NCBI GenBank assembly: GCA_905480355.1
Contig: CAJQQA010000018.1
Coordinates: 12-64,011 of the forward strand
Direction: 5' to 3'
DNA from: an uncultured Flavobacteriales bacterium
GTDB taxonomy: Bacteria; Bacteroidota; Bacteroidia; Flavobacteriales_D; Crocinitomicaceae
Length of the DNA: 64,000 nt
Numbering within the stretch: position 1 is the first letter of the stretch; each line of letters begins with the position of its first letter. Of the stretch, positions 29,898 to 39,640 are shown piece after piece. A program made the position numbers and the translations under genes. The notes below the pieces were generated by a model. That model was not told the origin of the DNA. It searched no databases and saw only the letters and a program-made list of their open reading frames with translations.

Positions 29898-30497
29898 ATG
29901 TCATTTGAATTACCAAAATTGCCATATGCATACGATGCATTAGAGCCACACATAGATGCTAGAACAATGGAAATACACCATTCTAAGCATCACAACGGAT
30001 ACACAACTAATTTAAACAACGCAATTGCTGGAACTGATCTCGAAGGGAAATCAATCGAGGATATTCTTAATGCTTGTACTGATATGCCTGCTGTTAGAAA
30101 TAACGGTGGTGGATACTGGAATCATAGTCTTTTCTGGTCAATTATGAGTCCAAATGGAGGCGGTACACCATCAGGTGATCTAGGTTCTGCTATTGATTCA
30201 GCATTCGGTTCTTTTTCAAATTTCAAAGATGAATTTACAAAGGCTGCTGGGACACGCTTTGGATCTGGCTGGGCTTGGTTATGTGTTGTTGATGGGAAGT
30301 TAGAAGTTTGTTCAACAGCGAATCAAGATAACCCAAAAATGAATATCGGCTGTGCTGGAACTCCAATTTTAGGATTAGATGTTTGGGAGCATGCTTATTA
30401 TTTGAACTACCAAAACAGACGTCCTGATTATATTAATGCATTTTTTAATGTTATTAATTGGGAACAAGTAGCCACAAATTTTTCTGACGCTAAATAA
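29898..30497 (+). CDS. sodA: Superoxide dismutase, Mn type
   Basis: [45 protein letters not shown] (Gln in the C-terminal domain indicates Mn type) and DVWEHAYY. The ATG at 29898 is preferred to the alternative upstream start at 29820. Confidence 0.93.
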   Translation: MSFELPKLPYAYDALEPHIDARTMEIHHSKHHNGYTTNLNNAIAGTDLEGKSIEDILNACTDMPAVRNNGGGYWNHSLFWSIMSPNGGGTPSGDLGSAIDSAFGSFSNFKDEFTKAAGTRFGSGWAWLCVVDGKLEVCSTANQDNPKMNIGCAGTPILGLDVWEHAYYLNYQNRRPDYINAFFNVINWEQVATNFSDAK

Positions 30498-30524
30498 AAT
30501 TAATTCTATATTAAGAATGCGAGG

Positions 30525-30558
30525 TGTACTTAGTGCCCTCGCATTTTTTGTAACAAAA
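30525..30558 (+). terminator. Rho-independent terminator of sodA
   Basis: Stem aatgcgagg (30525..30533) pairs with cctcgcatt (30546..30554), followed by a T run to 30558. Confidence 0.75.
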
Positions 30559-30592
30559 TATTGCGCATTCGTTATTTCATTAAACAAATGAT

Positions 30593-31462
30593 ATGCGAAA
30601 CTCTCTCTCCAAAACTTTCTATCTTCTTTTCCTTCCTTTCATAATTGTTGCTTTTTCTTTTGAACCAAGCACCAAAGAAATCAACCTCATTGATGCCATT
30701 AAAGTTAAACTCATTAGTGCCAAAACAATTTCGAATGGAGCCTATAATGTCGAGTCAGTGGATATTTCAATCCAGAATAATACTGCTTCCCCACTTCGAA
30801 TAAAAATTCCTTCAGAAACGTTGTTTAATCCAGCCGACAATGGAGAGCAAACATTAATTTTATTGGAAGATGACTTTATCACTTTGAAAGCGCATGATTC
30901 CTTTGAAGGTCATGTTTCTGCTTATTGTACCGAAGCCTCTGATCGATGTCCGACAAAAGGTACTCCTATGAAAATGACCATGAATCAGGACAAGAATCTC
31001 ATTGCTATGATTCATTACTTAAAAGGCAAAACAATTAATGAAAGTAGTTTTCAAGATGCTGTTTGGGCGATTTCTGATGGTCACTCAATTTCTAACATTG
31101 AGTCATTTACAAAAGAAGATAAAGCCTTTCGAAAATACTTGGCAGCCTTAACAAAACAAGAAGATACTTGGTATACCTCACCGCGTAGTGTCAGGATTGA
31201 CAATAATGGAAATTTCAATTACGAGACAGTAAACATTTCAGGTAGAATAGACTTTGAGTGTGAAAAAGGTGCAAGCGTAAGACAAGATATCTATAAAGCA
31301 AGTGGAGAAGCCATTTTCGTAAGTGAAAAATACATGACTGTGCAATCAGGGAAAGTGACTTATAAATTTAGGTTGAGTGTAAAGGGCTGGGAAAAAGGCG
31401 ACTATTATATCCGTGTTCATGATGGAACGAATGATATTGTTAAGTATTCGCTTAAGGTCTAA
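30593..31462 (+). CDS. Hypothetical secreted protein (289 aa) whose C-terminus is reminiscent of a T9SS type-A sorting domain
   Basis: N-terminal hydrophobic segment with no recognisable catalytic motif. The C-terminus is beta-rich (KVTYKFRLSVKGWEKGDYYIRVHDGTNDIVKYSLKV). It is a monocistronic unit between the sodA terminator and convergent genes. Confidence 0.55.
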   Translation: MRNSLSKTFYLLFLPFIIVAFSFEPSTKEINLIDAIKVKLISAKTISNGAYNVESVDISIQNNTASPLRIKIPSETLFNPADNGEQTLILLEDDFITLKAHDSFEGHVSAYCTEASDRCPTKGTPMKMTMNQDKNLIAMIHYLKGKTINESSFQDAVWAISDGHSISNIESFTKEDKAFRKYLAALTKQEDTWYTSPRSVRIDNNGNFNYETVNISGRIDFECEKGASVRQDIYKASGEAIFVSEKYMTVQSGKVTYKFRLSVKGWEKGDYYIRVHDGTNDIVKYSLKV

Positions 31463-31529
31463 TTTTTTAGTGAGGAGTAGATTATGGTTATTCTTACATC
31501 ATCAAAAGATGGGCTATAATTTTGGCTAA

Positions 31530-31790
31530 TTATACCGTTTCAGGCATGTTGATCGCAATAACTTCTTTCACTTCTGGAGCGGCCTTTTTTACAGATTCTT
31601 CTAAACCAGCCTTGAGTGTCATCATAGACATAGAACAGCTTTGGCAAGACCCCAATAAACGAACAACCACAGTGGCGTCGTCTGTAATTTCAACAAGCTC
31701 CATATCACCTCCATCATTATGCAGAAATGGTCTTAATTGATCCAGTGCCTCGCGAACTTTAGATTCAATACTTGTTTTATCAATTTGCAT
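31530..31790 (-). CDS. NifU-like C-terminal domain protein (Fe-S cluster scaffold/carrier)
   Basis: 86 aa with LRPFLHNDGGDMELVEI and GSCQSC (CxxC). It overlaps the upstream mrp gene by 11 nt. Confidence 0.85.
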   Translation of the reverse strand: MQIDKTSIESKVREALDQLRPFLHNDGGDMELVEITDDATVVVRLLGSCQSCSMSMMTLKAGLEESVKKAAPEVKEVIAINMPETV

Positions 31791-32865
31791 GATCCGTTTT
31801 TTTCTCTTTTACAGATTTAACTTCTTCAACAAATATACGACTTAAATCTTCAAACGCTTTTGACATTAAAGTATCTTCTTGAAATACAGCTGGTTTACCT
31901 ATGTCTCCAGATTCTCTTACACTTTGTACAAGCGGTATTTGCCCTAAAAATGGAACATCCATCCCAAGTGCTAAGTTTTTAGCTCCATCTCTCCCAAAAA
32001 TGTAATATTTATTATCCGGTAATTCTTCTGGTGTAAACCAAGACATATTCTCAATAATACCTAACACAGGCACGTTAATCGAGTCCATTTTAAACATGTT
32101 CACACCTCGACGCGCATCTGCAAGAGCGACTTCTTGTGGTGTACTTACGATAATAACTCCATCCAATGGAACTTTTGAAACCAAAGACAAATGTATATCT
32201 CCAGTCCCTGGAGGTAAATCAATCAATAAATAATCCAATTCACCCCAATATGCGTCAGTAAACATTTGAGTTAAAGCTTTAGATGCCATAGGGCCTCTCC
32301 AGACAACAGCATTGTTTTGTTCTGTGAAAAAGCCGATCGACAGAATTTTAATCCCGTAACTCACGACAGGATTGATCATTGGTTTTCCCTCGACATCAAT
32401 CATTGTTGGTTTTTCACCGACGACATCAAACATTGTTGGCATCGATGGTCCATAAATATCTGCATCCACAATGCCCACTCGATAACCGGCTTTTGCTAAA
32501 CCACCCGCTAAATTTGCAGTGACTGTTGATTTTCCAACTCCTCCTTTACCTGAAGCAATTGCAATAATATTTTTTACTTGAGGCAATACTTTTCGATGTT
32601 CTGACAGCGCTTCTTTTGAAATGCCCGCAATTTCAACATCTAAAATTAACTCATTACCAAACGCTCGCTTCAGATTAAAATCTATCGCCTCTGTCATTCG
32701 TTTTTTTGCGTGCATTGCAGGGTTAGAAACTAAGACCTTAAGTTGAATAGCGTTTTCTGAAATTTCTAGTTTTTCAACCAGATTTGCTGATACAATGTCT
32801 TTTTTCAAATCGGGCTCCATTATTGCGCCCAAAGCTTCCAATACGTTTTCTCTTGATAATTCCAT
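31780..32865 (-). CDS. apbC: Mrp/ApbC family Fe-S cluster carrier ATPase
   Basis: 361 aa with an N-terminal DUF59-like domain, IAIASGKGGVGKSTVTANLA and the DLPPGTGD motif. Confidence 0.93.
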   Translation of the reverse strand: MELSRENVLEALGAIMEPDLKKDIVSANLVEKLEISENAIQLKVLVSNPAMHAKKRMTEAIDFNLKRAFGNELILDVEIAGISKEALSEHRKVLPQVKNIIAIASGKGGVGKSTVTANLAGGLAKAGYRVGIVDADIYGPSMPTMFDVVGEKPTMIDVEGKPMINPVVSYGIKILSIGFFTEQNNAVVWRGPMASKALTQMFTDAYWGELDYLLIDLPPGTGDIHLSLVSKVPLDGVIIVSTPQEVALADARRGVNMFKMDSINVPVLGIIENMSWFTPEELPDNKYYIFGRDGAKNLALGMDVPFLGQIPLVQSVRESGDIGKPAVFQEDTLMSKAFEDLSRIFVEEVKSVKEKKTDHAN

Positions 32866-32888
32866 GATGATTTTTGACTACAATATTT

Positions 32889-33491
32889 TTAACTGTCAGA
32901 TGTAGTCTTGAAGGACTTAATTGACTTTGCCATTAATTCTATGATCATTTTTTCGTAACCTTCCGGTCTCGACTTTAGTTCATAGGTTATACCATTGATT
33001 CTTTTTTGGCCGTAAACATGATAAGACTTGTGCTCAAACCCAACGGCTTTTGAAGCATTTTCCATACCTCCTACTATCAATGTTCTTTGATAAAGAATTA
33101 AATCCTCATCATCAATAATGTACTCAATTTTATAAAATGTTCTTTCTGCTAATAATTTTTTTTCAACAGAAACAAGATCATTGATATCTGCATAATCCTC
33201 AATTAACAGAGTGAAATTTTGGCCGACCTTAATTTCCCACTTAATATCAGATTGAACATGTGTAATCTCAGGAGTTGTGGAGGCTCCAATGTTTGCAGTT
33301 TCATCGGGTAGAGAAATGAAGCCATCAATTTCAAAATCAGATAAATTAAAGTCTTGGAATTCATAATATTCTTCACTTAATTCAATATCTTCAATATCAC
33401 TTGAGTCTGAACTGCATGAGCTAACAAGAAACCCCCCTAGCACTATCGCTACTAATCCGGTTCTTGTTGCTAATAATGATATCAATTTCAT
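32889..33491 (-). CDS. Hypothetical lipoprotein (200 aa)
   Basis: Signal peptide with a lipobox-like VSSCSS. No recognisable domain. Confidence 0.55.
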   Translation of the reverse strand: MKLISLLATRTGLVAIVLGGFLVSSCSSDSSDIEDIELSEEYYEFQDFNLSDFEIDGFISLPDETANIGASTTPEITHVQSDIKWEIKVGQNFTLLIEDYADINDLVSVEKKLLAERTFYKIEYIIDDEDLILYQRTLIVGGMENASKAVGFEHKSYHVYGQKRINGITYELKSRPEGYEKMIIELMAKSIKSFKTTSDS

Positions 33492-33563
33492 ACTTTATCT
33501 TGGCCTTATTATTTCTTTCTAGTTACAAATATACGAATTGCCATGCTTGATGAGAAGAAATAA

Positions 33564-33974
33564 CTACATTATCATTACACCTTTGCGTCCAAGCATTGAA
33601 ATCAGCTTCATATTCTCTTCAGTTATCGATTCTGGAACAAACACAAATTTCTTATCAAACATTACTTCGTTATTCCAATAACTTACCCAGAATTCATTGG
33701 CAATACCAAAAACATCTTTCATAATTGGTTCTATTTTGGCAGCTTCGTTCGGCAATAATACTTCAATGGAATGACGTAATGTTGATGTTTTAATCTTTTC
33801 ACCTGTTTCATGATTTGTGCCGTAGCCTTTACTTGTTATCATGACTCCTTCAATAATTTCTTCTCCTAAATTCATTAGGTAAACATTATAAATTCGTTCC
33901 TGCAATTCTGTGAATTCTTCAACTACCGCAACTGCGATATTCTCTACTTTTGGACCTTCTAAATCTTGTCGCAT
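33564..33974 (-). CDS. Hypothetical cytoplasmic protein (136 aa)
   Basis: An ORF with no signal peptide and no motif. Its ATG overlaps the stop of the upstream serine-hydrolase gene by 1 nt (TAATG). Confidence 0.5.
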   Translation of the reverse strand: MRQDLEGPKVENIAVAVVEEFTELQERIYNVYLMNLGEEIIEGVMITSKGYGTNHETGEKIKTSTLRHSIEVLLPNEAAKIEPIMKDVFGIANEFWVSYWNNEVMFDKKFVFVPESITEENMKLISMLGRKGVMIM

Positions 33975-35215
33975 TATTTTAATCCTGTGCTTTTTAATAT
34001 TTCTCGCCCCAATTCAAGATATTCATCAAACCCGATTGGGTGTCCTATTTTAAATTTATTCTTTTCTAACTCAAGCTCTGTCCAGTTTTCATCACGTTCA
34101 AAATTTGGGGAACGACGGTCTCCTATTCGAACAATTACGATCTCTTCATCAGGAATTGTAATAATAAATTGTCCTTTAATACCACGGAAATAATTCACCT
34201 TTGATTGCTCATCCATATAAATCCATGTATGCAACCCATAGCGGTAATTAGGGATCTTTTCCTTGGTTAATAATGGAACAGGAGTAACCATTGCATTATA
34301 AAATTCTGAAGTAATAATTTGGTTATTATTGAAGTTTCCTTCGTTCAAAAGCACCATCCCGAGTCGAGCGAAATCTCTCGTCGATGCGTACATACAGCAA
34401 AAAGCCTTCTCATCTCCATTTTCTTTATCTAAACTCCAAAAAGCGTCATGTTCAGCGCCCATTTTCTTCCAAATTTTATCTTCGGCATAATCACTCAAAT
34501 TTTGTTTAGTGGCTGCTTCAAGTATATAGCCTAACAATTGAGAATTTCCACTTTGATAGCGAAATACTTTTCCTGGAGATGATTCTACAGATTGACCTAA
34601 TACATGACTGTATAAGTTACTTCCATAATAAGACTCTGCGTTGTCTGAGAGTGGGTTTTTTCCACTTTCTGACCAATCCAAGCCTGATGACATTGTTAAC
34701 AAATGATGTATCGAAATTTTGTCTTTACCGTTCTCACAAAAGTCTGGTAAATAATCACAAACTTTATCTTCCACACTATTTATTGCTCCATCTTCTATTG
34801 CGATACCGATAAGCATCGCCACCATTGTCTTTGCTACAGAAAAAGAGTTCGATACTGTTTCTTTTGTATGACCACCCCAATATTCTTCATACATAAGGAC
34901 GTCGTTTTTAAAAACTAGAAACGCCTTAGTCCCTAGGTTTTCCATTCGCGATCGTTGCTTATTAGTCAGTAAGAATGAATTTATAGCTTTATGTTCCTTT
35001 ATTTTCGCTGTTTTTGACGCTTCAAAATGAATGACTTCATATGGGAACACATCTAGATCATAAATAGATGGACCCGTTTCTCCAACTAGATAGGTGTTTG
35101 CAACTCCTTTGTAAATGTAGAATTTCCCAGACAATACAATATAGAGATTAGCCGTAATAAAAAAGGCTAAGAAAGAATATCCTATAAATTTTATCGCTTT
35201 TATTAGTCGCTTCAT
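33974..35215 (-). CDS. Membrane-anchored serine hydrolase of the beta-lactamase/transpeptidase-like family
   Basis: 413 aa with an N-terminal TM and the SxxK motif in FSVAKTMVAMLIG. Confidence 0.8.
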   Translation of the reverse strand: MKRLIKAIKFIGYSFLAFFITANLYIVLSGKFYIYKGVANTYLVGETGPSIYDLDVFPYEVIHFEASKTAKIKEHKAINSFLLTNKQRSRMENLGTKAFLVFKNDVLMYEEYWGGHTKETVSNSFSVAKTMVAMLIGIAIEDGAINSVEDKVCDYLPDFCENGKDKISIHHLLTMSSGLDWSESGKNPLSDNAESYYGSNLYSHVLGQSVESSPGKVFRYQSGNSQLLGYILEAATKQNLSDYAEDKIWKKMGAEHDAFWSLDKENGDEKAFCCMYASTRDFARLGMVLLNEGNFNNNQIITSEFYNAMVTPVPLLTKEKIPNYRYGLHTWIYMDEQSKVNYFRGIKGQFIITIPDEEIVIVRIGDRRSPNFERDENWTELELEKNKFKIGHPIGFDEYLELGREILKSTGLK

Positions 35216-35225
35216 AAAATGTTGC

Positions 35226-35921
35226 TTACTCTAAATATGAATACCCGAAAAGGTCAGCAAGTTTCGTTTTTACCACCTTCGTGATTTCTTGCATATCGAT
35301 CTTTCGTCCTAATTCTCGTTCCATTGAAGTTACTGCTTTATCTTGAATTCCGCAAGGAATAATGTGAGAAAAATAAGACAAATCTGAATTTACATTAAAA
35401 CCAATTCCGTGCATTGTTACCCATCTTGAGCTTTTCACACCAATTGCACAAATTTTTCTAGCTGTTGGTAAATCCCCATCAATCCAAACACCGGTTAGTC
35501 CATCAACACGTCCTGATTTTATACCATAATCTTCTAAAGTAAGAATTACTGCTTCTTCTAAAAAACGTAAATACTTATGGATATCAGAAAAAAAGTGGTC
35601 CAAATCAAAAATAGGATAAACTACCAATTGTCCTGGTCCATGATATGTTATGTCTCCACCTCTATTAATAGCGTAAAATGTGGCGTTATTCTCAGCTAGT
35701 GAAGTTTCATCGAGGAGTAAATTCTCTTTATCCCCACTTTTTCCTAGAGTATAGACGTGGGGGTGTTCACAGAACAGTATATGGTTTTTCGTTGCTTCAG
35801 TTGTTTCTCCATTTCGGACACTAATCTTTAGATTCACTGTAGAACGGAATATTTTCTCTTGATAATCCCAGGCTTCTTTATAGTCAATTAAACCAAGATT
35901 TTCATAGATTACTTCTGGCAT
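35226..35921 (-). CDS. lipB: Lipoyl(octanoyl) transferase
   Basis: MPEVIYENLGLIDYKEAWDYQ, RGGDITYHGPGQLV and KICAIGV. The ATG at 35921 is preferred to the track start at 35972. Confidence 0.9.
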   Translation of the reverse strand: MPEVIYENLGLIDYKEAWDYQEKIFRSTVNLKISVRNGETTEATKNHILFCEHPHVYTLGKSGDKENLLLDETSLAENNATFYAINRGGDITYHGPGQLVVYPIFDLDHFFSDIHKYLRFLEEAVILTLEDYGIKSGRVDGLTGVWIDGDLPTARKICAIGVKSSRWVTMHGIGFNVNSDLSYFSHIIPCGIQDKAVTSMERELGRKIDMQEITKVVKTKLADLFGYSYLE

Positions 35922-36025
35922 TTTTTCTTTATGAGTAACGAATTTAACAAAAATAAGTTTTAAAAAACACATGCTTTCTTATTCTAGGCACCATTTAATA
36001 TTAGTTTTGTTGAAAATTGATCGTT

Positions 36026-36541
36026 ATGAAAGCAAAAACAGCAGAAGAAACACTAGCAATCACTACAAAACTAGTTCTTCCAAATGATACAAACACCTTA
36101 GGAAATTTATTTGGAGGAGAATTGCTTGCATGGATGGATGTTATTGCAAGTATCTCTGCTCATAGACATTGTAAACGAGTAGTTGTTACCGCTTCAGTGA
36201 ATAATGTTTCTTTTCATTACCCAATTAAACAGGCGTCAATTGTTACTCTTGAAGCCAAGGTTTCTAGAGCTTTTAGTTCGTCCATGGAAATATTTATTGA
36301 TGTCTATGTCGAAGATAATTTAACGGGAGCGAAAGTAAAATCGAATGAGGCGATTTATACGTTTGTTGCGGTGGATCAAAATGGTGGCCCAATTGCAGTT
36401 CCTAAGTTAATTCCAGAAACTGAGGAAGAAAAAGCGCGATACGAAGGAGCTTTGAGAAGAAAGCAGTTGAGTTTAATTCTCGCCGGAAAAATGAAGCCAG
36501 AAGATGCTTTGGAGTTGAAGAAGTTGTTTATCCCAGAGTAA
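36026..36541 (+). CDS. Acyl-CoA thioesterase (hotdog fold, YciA/BFIT-like)
   Basis: LPNDTNTLGNLFGGELLAWMD and VTASVNNVSFHYP. An exact TAnnTTTG box (tagttttg, 36002..36009) lies 17 nt upstream of the ATG. Confidence 0.85.
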   Translation: MKAKTAEETLAITTKLVLPNDTNTLGNLFGGELLAWMDVIASISAHRHCKRVVVTASVNNVSFHYPIKQASIVTLEAKVSRAFSSSMEIFIDVYVEDNLTGAKVKSNEAIYTFVAVDQNGGPIAVPKLIPETEEEKARYEGALRRKQLSLILAGKMKPEDALELKKLFIPE

Positions 36542-36578
36542 GGCTTTCATTCTGTGAATTGCCAAAAGGCTATACCCT

Positions 36579-37550
36579 TCATTCACCAACAATTTCTTGG
36601 ACATTCTGCTTCTTCATGCAATCAAAATGTTTTTTTGGACAATCTTGAAATCCGATTTTTGAGCATGGGCGACAATTCAATCCTTTTACTTCATGAATAG
36701 AGAATTTACCCTTAGCATTTGGATAATAAGGATACATTCCTAAATCTGGAACTGTGTTTCCCCAAACGGAATCGATTTGAACACTAAAACATGTTGCAAT
36801 ATGCATCATTCCTGTATCGTTGGTAATTAATCTTTTGCTCTGCTTCACAATACTTGCTGATTCACTTAAATTAAATCCTCCACATGCGTTTTTAATTATC
36901 GAGTTTGATGAAAGTGCGATTAATTCCTTCGCAAGATCTGCATCCATTGCTCCACCCATTAAGACAACGGGTTCTTTTAATTTCGAAATAATTTTAACCA
37001 ATAACTCTTTTGGCATTTTCTTCGTTTTGAACTGCGCCCCAATCGCAATGGCAACGAACTCATTTGGTAAAACCCCTAACTTCTCTGTTACATTGACTTC
37101 ATCATTCTCTGAAATGAAATATTCGGAAGGTTTCTGATCATTTTTCACTCCCAAAGAAGCCACTGTTTCAAAATAGCGATCAACAATATGCTTTCGAGGC
37201 ATCGTATTGATTTTCAGTTGTACAAAGAACCATTTTTTCCAATTCAGTTTATTGATTGATTTTGATGGCCTTCTTAATTTGAATTTCAAAGATTTCGTTC
37301 GAAGGTTGTTGTGTAAGTCAATGATAAAAGCATACTTTTCTTTTTTCAAATCGTCAACAAGCTCATCAATATGGTTGTCTATCGTGTAAATCTTATCGAT
37401 TCTAGGATTCTCTTGTAAAATGGGTGCGAACTGTTTTTTAGTCAAGTAATGTATTTCAATATTCTCTATTTGCTCTTTCAATCCTCTTAAAACAGGAGTG
37501 GTGAGAACAATATCTCCAATAGAACTAAACCGAACAACCAATACTTTCAC
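36579..37550 (-). CDS. Glycosyltransferase family 9 (heptosyltransferase-like, LPS core)
   Basis: 323 aa with MKVLVVRFSSIGDIVLTTPVLR at the N-terminus and ITNDTGMMHIA in the C-terminal half. Confidence 0.85.
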   Translation of the reverse strand: MKVLVVRFSSIGDIVLTTPVLRGLKEQIENIEIHYLTKKQFAPILQENPRIDKIYTIDNHIDELVDDLKKEKYAFIIDLHNNLRTKSLKFKLRRPSKSINKLNWKKWFFVQLKINTMPRKHIVDRYFETVASLGVKNDQKPSEYFISENDEVNVTEKLGVLPNEFVAIAIGAQFKTKKMPKELLVKIISKLKEPVVLMGGAMDADLAKELIALSSNSIIKNACGGFNLSESASIVKQSKRLITNDTGMMHIATCFSVQIDSVWGNTVPDLGMYPYYPNAKGKFSIHEVKGLNCRPCSKIGFQDCPKKHFDCMKKQNVQEIVGE

Positions 37551-37565
37551 AGTTCAAATATAAGG

Positions 37566-39443
37566 TTAAAGTTCTTTGTAAGCTTCATAAATTTGGGTCA
37601 AGAAAGCGTTTCCCTTAGCAATTTCCTGTTCTTTAATGTCTTTTGGAAATGAGGTTTCCAAATATTGCTTCATATCCATTTGATAAGTCATAGCACCATG
37701 TTTCGTAACCCAACCATATCCACGAATTATCGTATGCAAAGCAAATTCTGGTGCATTTGGGTTTAATAAATCTTTACTCCAAGGATACTGGGTAGCATCT
37801 CCATTCATCTGAGTCATAAGAGTGGCAGCCAAATCTGATTGAGAACCAATTTTGTCAATCCTCACTCCTTTGTATTCTTTTTTTAGTGGTTCTCCCCACA
37901 GCAATAATGGAACCCTGTAAAAACCATTCAGATTTGGATCAACCATTCCAGGTGCTGCGTGTCCATGATCAGCAATAAAAACAAACAAGGTGTTTTCAAA
38001 CCAATCCTGTTTTTTACAATTCTCAATAAAATCATTCACACAGCCATCAGCATAAATGATGGAATTCATGAAGTTTTTTTCCTCCCCTTGCCAATTTTGA
38101 TTTTTTGCAGATGGATGATCATAGGGCGAATGTGTACTACCCGTAAACGCACAATGCATAAAAGGTTGCTTTGTGTTGTTCATTCTATTGATGAAAATAC
38201 TGAACAAGTCTTCATCGTAATAATTTAATTTACCTCGTCCCAAATTTGTTGGAAAATCGTTCTCATCAATAACATCATCAAAACCATGATCCATAAAGTA
38301 ACCGCCAATGTTTCCATATTTTAAATCACCACTGAACATATAGTGAGACGTGTATCCCCAATCTTCAAAATCTTGGTTTAGTGAGCGTAGTTTTCTGTGT
38401 TTTTCTGGTTGCAGTGAAATAGAAATGCCTGGAATTGCGGGGTTTCCGCTGAAAATACTCGAATTACCAATTTCCGACGTATGCCCTGTCGAATATAAGT
38501 TGGTGAACAACAACCCTTCTTGTGATAACCGATCAAAATTTGGAGTAGATCCTTTGTTGTTATTACTTAAGCCACTCACAGCTTCTGCCGACCAGCTTTC
38601 TAAAATCACAAATACAATGTTCGGGCGTTGATTATCTAATATTCTCACGTCATGCTCACGCGGGTAATCATAAAGTTCTTCAACAATTTTCTCTGCTTCC
38701 AGCTTATCCACTTTAGGAATTAAGCCATCGATATCAGATTTGTTATAAAGCAAATAACTGTTCCCAAAATAATAGGTTGAATTGACTGATAAATCATTCG
38801 CTACATGATTATTGGTGAAATAAGCAGAATCAATATTAATTGGGATTTGTTGCCACCCTCCACGAGCGAGAAGAAACAATCCAACAATCATAGCGCTTAA
38901 AAAAATGATTGCAGTTGGTATTCGCTTTATTAATTTCATCGAGGTTCCAAACTCCTTTTTGAAAAAGAGAAACTTAGATAGTTTCCATCCAAATGTTACT
39001 TCTAAAATAGAATAAATAACAAACCAAATGGTCATTCCATAATCTGCCGTTCTAAAAACCTCATCTGGATTAGAAAGGTGCATGAAAACTCGAGAAGTTA
39101 ACTTATGATTCCATTCAGCGTAGGCATTTATTTCTCCAGAGTGAATAAATGAAACAATGATTAGTTCAAAAAGTAAAACACCAAAAAAGACGATTTTTGT
39201 CCATTTTACAGGATGTAAAAAACGAATCGTCAATGCCAAAAGAGGCAAAAGGCTTAGGTAAGCTCCCGTTGTTATATCTAAACGGATGGAATAAAAGAAA
39301 GTCAAGAACCAATCTCCCCAAAAAACATCTTGGAATTTATCCCAATTGTGAATAGAAAACAGAATCCTTTGAAAATCAAAGACGATAATCCAAAAAACAA
39401 GAAGTTTTAATGTCGCACTAAATACATATCGGAGATTCTGCAT
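37566..39443 (-). CDS. LTA synthase / sulfatase-family membrane protein (alkaline-phosphatase superfamily)
   Basis: The N-terminus has about 5 TM segments. The extracytoplasmic domain has NIVFVILESW, GHTSEIG and IADHGH. The ATG at 39443 (MQNLRY...) is preferred to the TTG at 39506, but the start is uncertain. Confidence 0.8.
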   Translation of the reverse strand: MQNLRYVFSATLKLLVFWIIVFDFQRILFSIHNWDKFQDVFWGDWFLTFFYSIRLDITTGAYLSLLPLLALTIRFLHPVKWTKIVFFGVLLFELIIVSFIHSGEINAYAEWNHKLTSRVFMHLSNPDEVFRTADYGMTIWFVIYSILEVTFGWKLSKFLFFKKEFGTSMKLIKRIPTAIIFLSAMIVGLFLLARGGWQQIPINIDSAYFTNNHVANDLSVNSTYYFGNSYLLYNKSDIDGLIPKVDKLEAEKIVEELYDYPREHDVRILDNQRPNIVFVILESWSAEAVSGLSNNNKGSTPNFDRLSQEGLLFTNLYSTGHTSEIGNSSIFSGNPAIPGISISLQPEKHRKLRSLNQDFEDWGYTSHYMFSGDLKYGNIGGYFMDHGFDDVIDENDFPTNLGRGKLNYYDEDLFSIFINRMNNTKQPFMHCAFTGSTHSPYDHPSAKNQNWQGEEKNFMNSIIYADGCVNDFIENCKKQDWFENTLFVFIADHGHAAPGMVDPNLNGFYRVPLLLWGEPLKKEYKGVRIDKIGSQSDLAATLMTQMNGDATQYPWSKDLLNPNAPEFALHTIIRGYGWVTKHGAMTYQMDMKQYLETSFPKDIKEQEIAKGNAFLTQIYEAYKEL

Positions 39444-39581
39444 ACGGTAAAGGTATTTAAATAGAAAATATAACGAGTAAACAACCTCATTAATTGTATC
39501 TGACAATTTTCAAATTGACAATTGTGTTCATTCACTTCAATGCATTATTAGGGTGTTCAAATGATTATTTTCGATTAAAAC

Positions 39582-39612
39582 TTGCATTGTACCATTGAAA
39601 ATTCTATTTTTG
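39582..39612 (+). promoter_or_regulatory. Bacteroidota-type promoter of hppA (-33 TTG / -7 TAnnTTTG)
   Basis: TTG at 39582..39584, a 20-nt spacer, then TATTTTTG at 39605..39612. This lies 28 nt upstream of the ATG at 39641. Confidence 0.5.
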
Positions 39613-39640
39613 CACCCTTAAAAATAGATAACAAAAAATT

